Shown piece by piece: positions 13,901 through 26,700 of a DNA stretch of 64,000 bases. The notes beneath the pieces were generated by a model that saw only the letters and a list, made by a program, of their open reading frames with translations, made no database searches and was not told the origin of the DNA. Each line of letters begins with the position of its first letter. Position 1 is the stretch's first letter. Source of the stretch: Trichoplax adhaerens (lineage: Eukaryota; Animalia; Placozoa). Both the position numbers and the translations under genes were made by a program. The stretch spans positions 7,702,735-7,766,734 of the forward strand of contig NW_002060944.1 in the NCBI RefSeq assembly GCF_000150275.1, read 5' to 3'.

Positions 13901-16900
13901 CCGATTTTGATGATCGGTCGCATGATACTACCTGCAGGAGTTCCCTTATATAGAAGATTTAAAAAATAAATAAAGTAATACCGTTTCAAATTATAATCAA
14001 TTACTGGTATCACATTTTGATGACATTGAAATGAAAGTTTTAATCTCATTACCGTTAAACAAGCTTGACTTCTATCATGTTATCATGACCTTCCCGCCAT
14101 TGTGACCTATTAATTTGTTTGTGGAGGCCTAAACGTCTGATTATACAACTGCTAGCTTATTCCGGTTATCTTCATTTAAATTAAATTATATCAATTCCTA
14201 TTGGTAGTTGATATAGCAATAAACGGCATTACTGGCCGTGTTTAACAGAACTAATTAGTGCTAATTAAGGTTATTCCTGATTTACTGTGATGATTCAATA
14301 TATATATTACATAGCGACTATCATAGTAATCAAAGAGGATGACAAACGGTCATTGATGAATTACATTTCCATTTCTCAATCTTTCAATGATGTTTATGTG
14401 ACTAATACAAATGGAATCACATTTTCATTGTATCTCACAGCTATAACTATAACGTATAAGCAGGATATCTATTTATTCTTGCAATCGTCCATCTGAATTT
14501 CACAACATTATCCTACTTCATAATTTCGTAAAGATTTTACTTTAGCTACCGGCCAATTGAGTTATGAGTTCATTCAGATGATGGTCAATCACTAATACCT
14601 TTGACTAGATTCTACGTTATATATGAAAGATCAATATTGTTGATATTCCATTGAAAGTCTTGTCAATCATTAATATTAGTGCAAAAATATTATATGTATT
14701 TTAATCTGTCACCTTAATAAATTATTCTTTTCAAAAAGTAGCTTTTATTCTAGTCTGTTTCACCTAAAATTTGTTGTTGTACATTGCATCATTAAAATAT
14801 CAGCGTAAAAGTAAAAATTTTTTTTATATGATAGTCAACGGCATGCTAGACCAATCTGGTATATGAAAAAAACGGTCATTTTTATCTTATTAACATATTA
14901 CAGAATCTTTACTAATCCTTTTTATAGTAACAAAAATTAGTCGTAGAATTAAACTAGGCCTTTATCTTCTATTTTTCATCGTATTTGTCTTAATCATCCA
15001 AGTTTTACTTGATCTTTTTTAAATTATTTAGCAATTTTAAATTTTTACTGAGTAAGAAGGTTATGTTATAAAGATAAACAACGCTAAAGAATAGGTGGAG
15101 ACAGGTGCCATAGCTAATGCTTCTAGATGCCAACTCATATTATATTATCTGTCAATTCTTATACTGCACCACTAGGGATAGATATCATTCATCATCTACA
15201 GATAGATATTCATGTGTAAGAGTACTTACATCTCGAAATCCCACCTTTATTTTCTTATCCTAAAATAGATTGAAAATAAAATCATTTAAGCAATAATTTA
15301 TATTAGAGATTTTCGGTTTATTATTGATATCATTATTTCATTAGCAACAGCAAGACCATATTTCACTTGATAGCTTAATTCTTCCTTACCAGTCAATAAC
15401 AGTAACCCAACTATATGTAAACATGATCAAGAATTTTTGAGTGTCATTAACTTAGTAATTGTAAACTTACATTATTTCTTCTACCACGGCTCGGCAGGTT
15501 CATTGAACAAAGAATGTACTGACGTAATGATCGATTTAGGAAGAGTCAATATTGAAGTATTTCTAAATGGTAGCCATTACCAATGAATCTCGAATACAAT
15601 TTTTGATTACTATATCAATGTTATATTGAGTAGTAGAGTTCAAATTGATTACTAGTTCACTGTTTATTTCTTAAGACTAAGATTAACAAATCATTCTATT
15701 CTACTCACAATTCTATTTTCTTTCGTTTTTGTTAGGAAGGTGATCATTTGTTTGCATACATGCGGTTACAGGATTTGCGTTATAAAAAATCAATATTGAT
15801 GACAAAAAGCTATCGGAGACCCTATGTTGAAGTAAAATGCAATACTGCTCATCCATATCCTGTACGAAATTACAAATGACGGTAGCGAGATTAATGCTAT
15901 TACTTTTTAATATACATAAATTAATAATAATAAAAAATAAATGGATAGCGTGTTCTTACTAAATATTGTACGTGAATGATGATCATAAATTTATAGGTAG
16001 CATGTTGCTTCTGAATGTAATACGATAAGTATATCAAAGGATTCACCGAATATCTCTCCTATCTTTATAATAGTTATTTTGTCATGATCTATTTTATATA
16101 GGGTGAAAGTTTGAATCAACTTTATCACGTTAAATTATACAGTAGAAACGATTTGTTTTTTAATTCATTCTTTTGATTGAGCAACGATTTCATTGATCTT
16201 ATTTTACATTAATTTAGGACAATAAATGAAAACAGTGAATTTGTGAAAGTATATAACTCCTTTCAACCGACACATATTAAGCTTAAGTTCTGTTCAGTCA
16301 AGGTGATATTTCCTATTCTAAAATAGATAATCTATTTTTACCCTTTAATCCATTGATTTCATTTTATGAATTTTTACTTGAAATAAATGGTTAAAAGTTT
16401 TTCATAGAATAGAATAGCACAGAGTAGATTCCTTATCATTTGAGTTTGCTGGGACAATATTGTCATTTCGTATTAACAACATAATGATAACATTCTCACG
16501 TTCATAATAAAAACAAGAATGTTCAGTTGTGCTGTTGATTGATTGGAATGATGGTAGACATGGTATCGATTTGACTTTGATGTCATCTATCAATGATAGT
16601 TTCATTGTATAGGCTATTGAAATTTAGAATTTGTTTTCAGGAAGAAATATGACTGGTATTTCCATGGTTTCTGTCGTCATTCCCTTCTATAATGTATACT
16701 ATTTAATTCCGCTAAATGAATTAATCGAATGAATAGAGGATTGTTATTTGTGCCTTAGATACACGTATATCTATATCTGTAGTTTCATTTTGATAAATTA
16801 GATTTATCAGTGTTTCACAGGTCTCAAGTTACATGTTTTTTAATATCAGTGACAATTTCTATGTCCTTGTATGTTAGAATAAATGAATTTACGCTAAATA

Positions 16901-17724
16901 TTAAACTTTGCTTGATAGAACTCGTCACTTTTATCGTTATTTATCATTACAACATTTCTATAGATTTATCAGTAGACCGTATTGTTTAGTAGATGGTGAT
17001 CTATTTGCCTTTATTATTATTATCTATTCAAGTTATTATTTATTTTTACATCATTGGATTATTATCATTAGCATGGTGTTATTGGATCAATTTATATTTA
17101 ATCGCTTTCTATTCAAACGCATTTATTCGTATCATTCCCCTCCTCTCTTTCTCTCTGTCGAAAGCTATTTATAAACTATGGTAGCACCTTGATGCAATAT
17201 TTTAATCTTATCTTTCGATTCCTACCATATGAATTAAAAAAACACTTTAAGATTGATCATTCTTTCATTCATGTTGGTTGCGACAACTTCATTTCAATTC
17301 CTCTAAGTTTTTTCAATATTAACTTACCTTTTCATTTCGTCTTATTCATATCCTTAATTTGTCACGTTCTACTCTAATCCAATGGTGTTCCATTCCATTC
17401 TTTTTTAACTTAACCGTAGATTAACGATTCATAACAACGCCAAGTTTTTATTAGCAGGGCTGATTTGATTTCATCATTTCCTCATTTAATTTTAAAGTGT
17501 TGATGTTGACGTCTCTTTTTAAGAGATTTATCTACCTATTCTATATAAAATTGAATTCTTGTTAAGTACATAAAGCTACATACTGGTTGTCATTTGGCTG
17601 TTTATCAAGAACGTCGAATCTATACCTTACCAGTTTTAGTCTATCACAAGAGAAGAATTGAATATTAAAATCACTCTTTCATACCATTTAATCGCGAAAA
17701 TTGAAAAAAAGACACTGTACCAAA

Positions 17725-18744
17725 ATGAATATGAGCAACGGCTCTTCTGGTGTTAACGGTAGCACAAGTTCACCACCAATACCAGTGCCATCGCCACCGC
17801 CTATCCATATACAGTGGCTAGTTATTGGTATTATCACAGGCATTACAAATGCAAGCCTACTCCTTTTTATCATATTTAATCGAAAATTACACAGTATAAC
17901 CAATTTTATTCTATGTAGTAAATTAGTCATTGGATTCTGTTTTGGTATTATTTACGTTATACCACGGCAAGCAATACCATTTATTAGTAGCGTTGCTATT
18001 CTATGCGATTTTATACCACAACTTGGAACTGGATTGATGATTAACTTAAATCTACATGTCTGTTTGATTAGTTTTCATCGTTACTTCCTAATTATTAATC
18101 CTTTCCGTTACAAGGAGCGTGCCACATCTAGAAACGTCGTTATAGTCCTTACTAGCACTTGGTTACTGTCTATTTTTATCGCAGCAATTCCCTTATTCAC
18201 GTTTCGCCCTATTCATGGTATCCAATGTATTACACTGGGAGATATTAATGCCGAAACCGTTTATCTATCTTCTGTATTTATTATACTGTTCCTTGTTCCC
18301 TTGGTTGTTTTAGTCGCAACTTATGGTAAAATTTTAGTGATTGTCTTGACTCTTCACAAAAATCATGTCTATCCTGCTGGAGATAAATCAGCAAATATCA
18401 GTATAAAAACGAATCGTAAAGCGTTAATCCAAGCAGCTGTAATGATTGGTATATTTTTTTGTTTATTTGTCCCTTTTGTTGTTGGTGTGATTATCTTTTT
18501 CTTTGCGCTAAGAGCTGGCAAAGTTGGTCCACTCGTTCCTGTACTTACGGCAACTCAATACCCGGCATTCTGCTACCCGGCCTTAAGTCCAATTTTAAAT
18601 ATTCTGTTTATGAGCGATATTCGCGTCGAAGTTGTAAACTTCGTAAGGGCTAGTTATTCGAATATTTCTGGTGATAATAATAGCTATACGTACGAATCAT
18701 CACAAGCTCAACGCCGTCGAAAAACTCTAACTTCGAATTTTTGA
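17725..18744 (+). CDS. Intronless class A (rhodopsin-family) orphan GPCR
   Basis: Seven hydrophobic segments, N-terminal N-glycosylation sites, RKLHSITNF in ICL1, HRY..I..PFRY at TM3/ICL2, a TM4 Trp and the TM3-ECL2 Cys pair. First ATG is at 17725. Confidence 0.92.
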   Translation: MNMSNGSSGVNGSTSSPPIPVPSPPPIHIQWLVIGIITGITNASLLLFIIFNRKLHSITNFILCSKLVIGFCFGIIYVIPRQAIPFISSVAILCDFIPQLGTGLMINLNLHVCLISFHRYFLIINPFRYKERATSRNVVIVLTSTWLLSIFIAAIPLFTFRPIHGIQCITLGDINAETVYLSSVFIILFLVPLVVLVATYGKILVIVLTLHKNHVYPAGDKSANISIKTNRKALIQAAVMIGIFFCLFVPFVVGVIIFFFALRAGKVGPLVPVLTATQYPAFCYPALSPILNILFMSDIRVEVVNFVRASYSNISGDNNSYTYESSQAQRRRKTLTSNF

Positions 18745-20143
18745 AAATCCTAATCAAGTTGACTATTAAACTATCATGACTAGTATCAATTGCATTGCTT
18801 AAAACAGTTAAAGTATTGATATCGGTATAATAACTATCGAATGCTCTTTAAAAACAATGTAAATGTATAGCTAGTGCATTCTGTATGGTACTTCAAAAAT
18901 TATCCTCATTTGACGAGCATTTCATTAGAAGTTTATCATGCCATTTATTAATCATTAGAAGTGTATTAGAGAACTGATTTTTTATTGAAAGAATATTGTA
19001 ATTTTAATGATTTCAGTATTGAATAGACAACGATGGGATTATAGACGATCGTCTCTAGTTGTTGTGTGCTAGTCCATAATAATAATATACTTGCGGTATG
19101 GAATGAAAACAAGCATATTTCTTACTTTGCAAAGGAAATGATGAAAAAAAATTGAAATAAAAATGTAGCCTTAACGACTGGTGTCATCTTTTGATGATGA
19201 AGCCCTCAAAGTATTTCTACATTAAACTATGTTAACCCTTTTACTAGAGAGTATACGCATGGGTTATAGACCAATTTGCTATAAGATAGGATGAGCGTAT
19301 CGATCATGAGTGTTTACTGCAATTGTGGTAAAATTGCGGTACTTTTTCTGGTAGTAATTTATATATTGTAGCTTATAAAACTGGCAATGCTAGCGGTGAT
19401 TTAAATATTTCCATAAAAGTAAGAGAATTGTTTATTATACTTCTTTGCGTATGTAAGGCTATGGTCTTCCACTATTTGTAATCTACGATAAATAATATCC
19501 ATGATTATTATTATAATAATTCTCGGAAGTTGTTGGCGAAACTCATAGTACCAAGAAAATTACTTCAACCTTGAAAATCTTTCAGACAATATACATTTAT
19601 TAATAAACGGTATATGACCATTCTCTCGTGGTTTTGACTAGGTATACTTAAAAAGCTATTTTGAAAATAATACGTAACATACTAAGAATAAGATAGCTAG
19701 AATCAAGAATTTCTAGGTCTTTAGTACTAACATTGTCATTTCCTAGCTTAATTGGAAATAAATGGTTTGATATTGATTTACATAAAAAATAATTTCTCAT
19801 TCTACCGTAAAGTTACAGATATTAACGTAGGTTATCAAATTATTACATATACGATCTTGATCATGTTATAAATCTCCGATGTGAACGATTAAATTACAGT
19901 ATGGTATACCAGTGATGACGTATGGCTACATTACGTTATCTGTTATTAATTTTATGGTATCTTATAACCAATAGCTATCATTTTTCGAAAAATAAACTTC
20001 TCTTCCAAGTCAATTTTCAACTTAGAGAAGAATCTCACTGTTCCCTTAGCGACAGTAATATACGAGTTTATTTATTTGTTGTTCAATATTTACGAACCAT
20101 CGCATTTTATCTCGATTATCTGGCTTATACTTATACATGTCAG

Positions 20144-21755
20144 TGATTATGCACTTTGGCTACTATTTCAACGTTGTGAATTGGATGGTCTATATAGCTT
20201 TATTTTATACTGTATAATTTCTACTTACTCAGTATGGACAGCTTATCTAGTGTAATATCCGCAATTACTGTAAATTGAATACTGAATTTTGCACAATATG
20301 TATATAATTTCTTCCTTAGTGAAGAAAGAGTGAATATGAATACCAATTTAGTCTAGCTATCATTTCTTTGTTATCATTATTAATTTCTTTCTAGGCCATC
20401 ATGCTGTGGATGTATATTGTAGATCTGCACCTATGTTTATTTAGTGGAATCATTGATTATGATTTGAACAGTACCGCAATAATATCAAATAATTATTTGA
20501 TTACTTGACTATAGTTCTAAATCAAGTTTAAAGATTGTTATTACTCTTTTATCCAATCGAGATGATTCTACCAGGAAGAGGGTAATTACAGTAAGCTAGA
20601 ATAACCTTGGTTACGTAAAGGATATGGTATAGAATGCGTAATATACGTAGTTCTTCTAATTTGATGTTGAAAGATTATAATTTCATGCTATAATAAACAA
20701 GTATACCACTATTCAATAATAAATAATTCTGGCGTAAACTTTGAATAATACAAAAGAAATCAATTTTCTATTAAATAAGGGTAAATACTTCACAAGTATC
20801 TTTCTCTTAAAGATTTCATCAACATATGGAATATAATATAAAGGATGGAAATTTATCCAATAAATCTATAAACTATTATGTATGGGGTATGTGCGTAAGA
20901 CAGATCCAAGTTTACTTGCATTAAGCTATTACCTTCCATATCTCAAATAAACTACTTCCAAAAATACTACATTGGGTCAATTCATAATACTCTAATCACT
21001 TGTAAAGTACGGCTAATTTACCAATGCTTATAGAATTGATATACCGTATTAATTCTAAATTGTCGAGTAAAAGATAGATCATAGTTATGGCTGTGTTTAG
21101 TAAAGGTTCGGCAGATACCAACTTTTGTTGGATATACGAGTAAATGTTGCTCAACTATTTTTGGCGTAGATTAATTGTTGCTTGGTTTCTCATTGAATTA
21201 AAAAATTACAATTAGACGACTCATACTTGGCGCACCAAATGGATTTTCTATGCTATAATAATTCCTATTAATCATATAATTAGACAAATTCATTAATTCT
21301 GGTAGGGATTACTACGGTATAAATGCTTTTGGAGCCCGTGGTAAAAGGCAAATATGGCTTATTTTTATAAATTAGTTGTTAGGCGAAGCAATGCGTAATC
21401 AAATAAATGATTTCAGCAATATTTATGGAATAAAAAATTCATATCTAGCGAATCTTACTGTATGTAGTAAGATTGGCCAATTCCATAATGACCGAGACTT
21501 ATTGTACATCATGGTGTTATTGATAGGTTAGATAAGTGCGATCGTAAACTTAGCTCAGCTCTTTTTATAATTGATCAGGCGAACTACATTAATGAGTGGA
21601 AACTGTAGCAAAATACGAATTGTAGGCATTCTTGGCTGCTAGGGTATGGAATTCATTTTGTCAAGGCAGAGATTTGGCAATACCGAGGCTTATTTGATTA
21701 TCCCGGCCACGCTCCATTCCATCCAAGGGGTCCATCACTTCGTATGAGGCTTTGA
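20144..21755 (+). CDS. Hypothetical multi-exon protein of unknown family; 5' exons unresolved (probably from about 19300)
   Basis: Eight consecutive GT-AG-bounded exons are phase-compatible and stop-free: 20144-20187, 20395-20434, 20534-20581, 20813-20886, 21101-21139, 21284-21340, 21468-21513, 21626-21755. Product: DYALWLLFQRCELDGHHAVDVYCRSAPILLLLFYPIEMILPGRGFHQHMEY...WHSWLLGYGIHFVKAEIWQYRGLFDYPGHAPFHPRG. Confidence 0.72.
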
Positions 21756-22764
21756 TGGTATGTTTTATGTCATTAAAATAGAATTTATACTCCTCTTGCA
21801 ATGGAAAGTTACTTAATGCAAGTAGTTTCTACATTGCTTGTACTTCAGGCCCGGTGAACGTTCTATTTTCTCTTCATTCATAATTACATCAATTATATAA
21901 TTATTGGGAGAGTAGTGAGTTTCATTTTAGATAGGAGAGGGAGCGTTTGTTTAGTCCAGGAATATACTAAAAGAGAAAATGATTAGGTGTGGCAGTTGCA
22001 ATAGTAGTACGGTACTTATTTGGCATATGGTGTTAGCGTTTTAGACTGCAATAGAATGATCCATAACGGTGGAGAAGAGCTTTATCTTTTACCTTGATGA
22101 GACACTAGTAGTTTATGATTGAGCTCATCATGTGCTCCGTAAAGTTGCTTGACTAAAAACGAAAGAGAGGGACAGAAAACGGTCATTCGGTATACTAAAA
22201 ATGTAGGGGTTGACTAGTCGTTGATCATCTCAATTGAAGCGTATGTCCAAAACGATGCCGTACACTACGGCTATTTCTGCATATTGTGCAATGTAATGGT
22301 GGCACATTACAACACTGACTCTTGTTATCCTATTTGCATGCAGGCAAGAAGCAATAAAATTCCCAATCAATGAGATCAATGAAGGGAGTGGTTTGAAATT
22401 CTAACATATAATAAATAATTTTATTATTCTATTGAAAAATATTTCATAGTGTAGTCCTTCATTGAGGTATCAGTTCCTCAGCAGCGCTGGCTGGCTCGGC
22501 CAACAAACCAAGCCGAAATCGTAAATACAGAATGGCAATGCTTGCTTCCCCAATGCGATCCAATACTATTACTGACATACGAGTCTATTATTATGATTAT
22601 TTTTAGTCAATGTGATTTAAAGGCAGCGTGAAATAAAGAAGACTTTACACCCCTACCAATCCCTTTCGTCGCCGAAAGCACGCTGATGTAGTGTACACCC
22701 TACAGGTGAATGGGTAATGTTATGACTGGTGTAGATTCCTTCCGCAGCAGGGTCACTTCATTCA

Positions 22765-23140
22765 TTTCTAGTACTAGATTTACTGCCAGTACACTACTGC
22801 CTTTCCTGGATCAAGAATCAAATAGAGGCAATAATTTCTAATACTTGATTTACTGCCAGTACATTACTGCCTTTCCTGGACCGAGAATCAAATAGAGGCA
22901 ATAATTAATTTCTAATACTTGATTTACTGCCTTTCCTGGACCAAGAATCAAATAGAGGCAATAATTTCTAATACTTGATTTACTGCCTTTCCTGGACCGA
23001 GAATCAAATAGAGACAATAATTTCTAATACTTGATTTACTGAACCAAGAATCAAATAGAGGCAGTAATTTCTAATACTTGATTTACTGCCAGTACATTAC
23101 TGCCTTTCCTGGACTAAGAATCAAATAGAGGCAATACTTG
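22765..23140. repeat. Tandem repeat D, unit 47-70 bp, 6 copies
   Basis: gaatcaaatagag(g/a)ca at about 22815, 22885, 22945, 23001, 23048, 23118, with near-identical flanks. Confidence 0.95.
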
Positions 23141-23711
23141 TATCTTGGACCAATCATGTGGCCGACTCAACTGCAGTCAATTTAAATGACTAATCACGTC
23201 CAATTTGGTATGGGGATATAGTGAACTAACTCTTCCTTTTACCGTGCAGTATATAGTTCATGTAGGATTGGTTGTTCATATTATTGACTGCGTTAATGTA
23301 CTGTGTAGTAATTTATTACGACGATTCTTATTTAGCCGGTCACGTATTCAAGGTAATTTACCTCGGCCATTGCCAAGTCTGGTTGCATCTGAGTCTTGTA
23401 GTACTGTCTAGTAAGTACATAGGAAAGTCGTGGCAAATTCCCTGTCAAGCACGTCTATAGACAGTACAGTACATTGCAGTCATGACACTGTCTTGATAAT
23501 ACCAATACGCAAACATGGCATTGTATTACATACTGTAACACATGGGCTTGCACCAGAACTGAATGATACAGGATCATACTGTAATCTACAGTACAATGTA
23601 TTCTAGACTACAGTACTTTGGCCCAATTGCTTACGCCATCCAGACTGCTGTACAATCCTCTCTTCTCTGGCTGCGGTTTCTGTACTCGGTAGATCGTGCA
23701 AAATTGCAAAG

Positions 23712-26700
23712 ATGGCGCTGACTCCGGCACAGTTACTGGACGAATTGATGGGACCCAACAGAAATGCCCTACCCAATGAGGCAAAAAGTGAATTACACTG
23801 GTCCGACGATAATGTAATGCTATTATAAATGGATATTGATAACGTAATTAGATTGCATTGCAGGGTATACAGTACTTCTATGTACTTGTTAGTACACGTT
23901 AGTGTGGACTTGCATGACAAGGTAGCGCCAAATGCAACGCTTACTGGATCGCATGCACTCCTCTCCCGACGATGTTGCTATCGATTCTATGTGGATTCCA
24001 TCTATTTTAAATTCGGTTCTAAATACCGTACAGTCCAAATGCTATACTGCTGTATATTGAGTAAGACTACATTAGTAAACTTATAAAATGAACCGTTAGT
24101 AGGGGAAAAGACTGCATTACAACTGACAATGCATAATACTGTACTTATTAGGCATAGAAACAAAGACGCATACTTGAGTAGTATGCGAGGGATGGTAGGA
24201 ATTTTTTTTCAAAGGCTGTACTACTGTATCATTATTAAGACAGTATTGGATATGGATCGATTGACTGCAAATGAGGCCGTTGAGAATGGATAGTTTTTTA
24301 ATCTGTTAGAATGCGTAAATATCGTTGAAGATGACAGGACGATATATCAATTCAGAGAGTTTTGTTCATTGTAATTGCTGTCATTATTATTTTTACAAAA
24401 GTGTCCGAAATGAATTTGACCCGTACCTCCTAAGAAATTCATGATCCATTCTCAGTTGTTCAATGGTCTAATATCTGTATGACGTTTTTCTTAATAGGTT
24501 TGTAAACGATTTTTATGTGGATTTTGCCCTTCTCAGCTGTTTACCAATACTCGTTCCGATCTAGGTAAGTTATAAAAATTCAGCTTTCTAGATACAGTTA
24601 CAACCGTTGCCTAGAGCAAAGTGCTCAGTATCCCCTTACTATATATTTAAAGGTGCAAACACTTGTTTCTTCAAGTTTTCACGTATAGTATACTGTACTG
24701 AAATTCAATTTTTCCCCATTACTGCTACTCTATTAATGTAAACATGTGATATGCTGATATCGTAATCAAACTCCTTTCACGATTTAGTACTGTACTGCAT
24801 GTAGTACAGTACTTGGCTATACTGCACGCGTATTCTTACGATGTCAGAATCTCGTCAAAATTGCAATGGAAGTAAGACTATTTGATCCGACTTTTTGAAG
24901 CTACAATATTCTATCAGATTTGTACAGCAATTCTTATCCATACTGCAAGTACACGTGCACATTGTCATGATTGGTTGATTATATATATATATTATTATTG
25001 TCACCCAATCAGTATGTTATGTCTTATAATTGCTATTAACGTAATTTTGTTGAAGTGCATTAGCCAGAGATAAAGATTTAAATACTGTATATCAGATGAT
25101 AAATCACACAGTGTTATTGATACTTTCTCTTCCTTCCACTTAATGAAGTGCGTGTACTGTATGACAGTACAGTAATGGGCCAACAACGGATAAAGGAGAA
25201 ATCTAGTATGAGTACCTTTTGAGCATCAGTATTGAAATCTTACTTAAATGTGGTGTAATACCTCATAGATTGCGATACTAATTGCAGCAATCTATAATCA
25301 GTATTATAACTCTCAGAGTCGATTTCTGTCATTTTCTTGCAGTGAACTACCCGTCCAATAAATCTACACCTTTAATGCCCTAGATGCATTCTATCGACTA
25401 CTAGTATTGATAGTTATTTAATATGCTGTTTAGACGCGTCATTGAGCTCCTAATCTTTATTCATATAATTATAGGTCCTTGCGAAAAAATTCACGATGAA
25501 AATTTACGACAATTGTAAGTGCTGTGACCTTCAGTGAAATCCTCCCGGCTCTGTATTTAAATTTTTTATTTTAAATACTCTCAACGGATATTTTGCTTGT
25601 AGAAGAGAGCTCTTTTTTAATTTATTAGCTGATAGCGGTTAATTTTCACCAGATATACGCGTATATTTTTAGCTGCATACTCTATCGTGCAATGGCATAC
25701 TTTGCAGTTCGTAAGTGATATTAATGGCTGTTTTATTGTATTTCTTGAATAGATATAAGAAAAGTAAAAGAAATGGTAAAATGCAGTATGAAGAAGACTT
25801 TTTGCGCTACTTACAAAGTATTATGGCTGACGTAGAGAGGAGAATCCGTCGTGGTCATCAGCGTCTAAGTTTGAATGCTAAAACGAAAGAAAATGTAAGT
25901 TTAACATAAACTTTCACCGAAAATAACTAAATGCAACGGATTTCGCGTGTTACTGTTAGATGTTACTCTATTAGCTACAGTATATGATACTGTACTGTAC
26001 ATAAGATTCCGGATATGTGTTGCTACATCTTGTGGTGTTTACTTATGTAAATGCCTCTATTTTAAAGTTATTATTTACGTCCATTTTTATGTATGATTTC
26101 GTAGAAGGATATTAGTCAAGAAGATGAAGAAAAAGTTATGGAGATCAGTCGGGACATTAATGCTCTAATACCTCAGGTACGTAAATTGGTATATAATTTC
26201 TTATCTTATCAGCTTCCAAATAATCTCTAACCAGTACATTACGTCTTGAGAAAGTATTTATTCCTCTATTAAGCGTGAAAATCTCACGCTAGACGTGAAT
26301 TAACATTAGTGACTATTACATTATATTATTTGATGTAAATGCTTATCAAAACTGGTTGCATTGAAAAGAAACTAAACTCAGTGACGAAGAATTTTGACCA
26401 CATCTTAGGTAGAAGAACTCGGTTCTGAAGGTCGCGTTGATGAAGCACAAGCTTTGACAGAACAGATCGACAAATTAAAAGAACAACGGGAGCGTATTCA
26501 AGCGGTAGTGATTTCTATCGTTGTACCTATTTACATTTCTGCCTCTAATATAAAATGTACTACTTGACTAAACGATATCGTTTTCTCCTGCTTAGCAAGC
26601 AAGAACGGATAAATCATGGGTACGAGTAAATTAGTTGGTGTAATTACAAACGGTCGAATAAGTACCGTAGGTCTTTGTTTTAGGTGGATACTAAGTTGAG

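Noticed and set aside
12710-17377. Short hydrophobic ORFs in the AT-rich intergenic region
   Set aside because: Composition typical of random AT-rich DNA; no consistent exon chain found.
17725-18744. Opsin
   Set aside because: The position equivalent to the retinal-binding TM7 Lys is Phe.
20534-21139. PIG-X similarity suggested by the GFH motif
   Set aside because: The diagnostic YVDPYEL-like motif is absent.
21626-21757. Selenoprotein-type reading through an in-frame TGA in an alternative frame
   Set aside because: Another frame is fully open and phase-compatible with the upstream exon; no SECIS was recognised.
22765-23140. CRISPR-like array
   Set aside because: The intervening sequence is itself repeated; it is a minisatellite.
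23864-23921. Poison exon in LUC7L3 intron 1
   Set aside because: It would need a 50-nt upstream intron, shorter than any other intron I resolved here.
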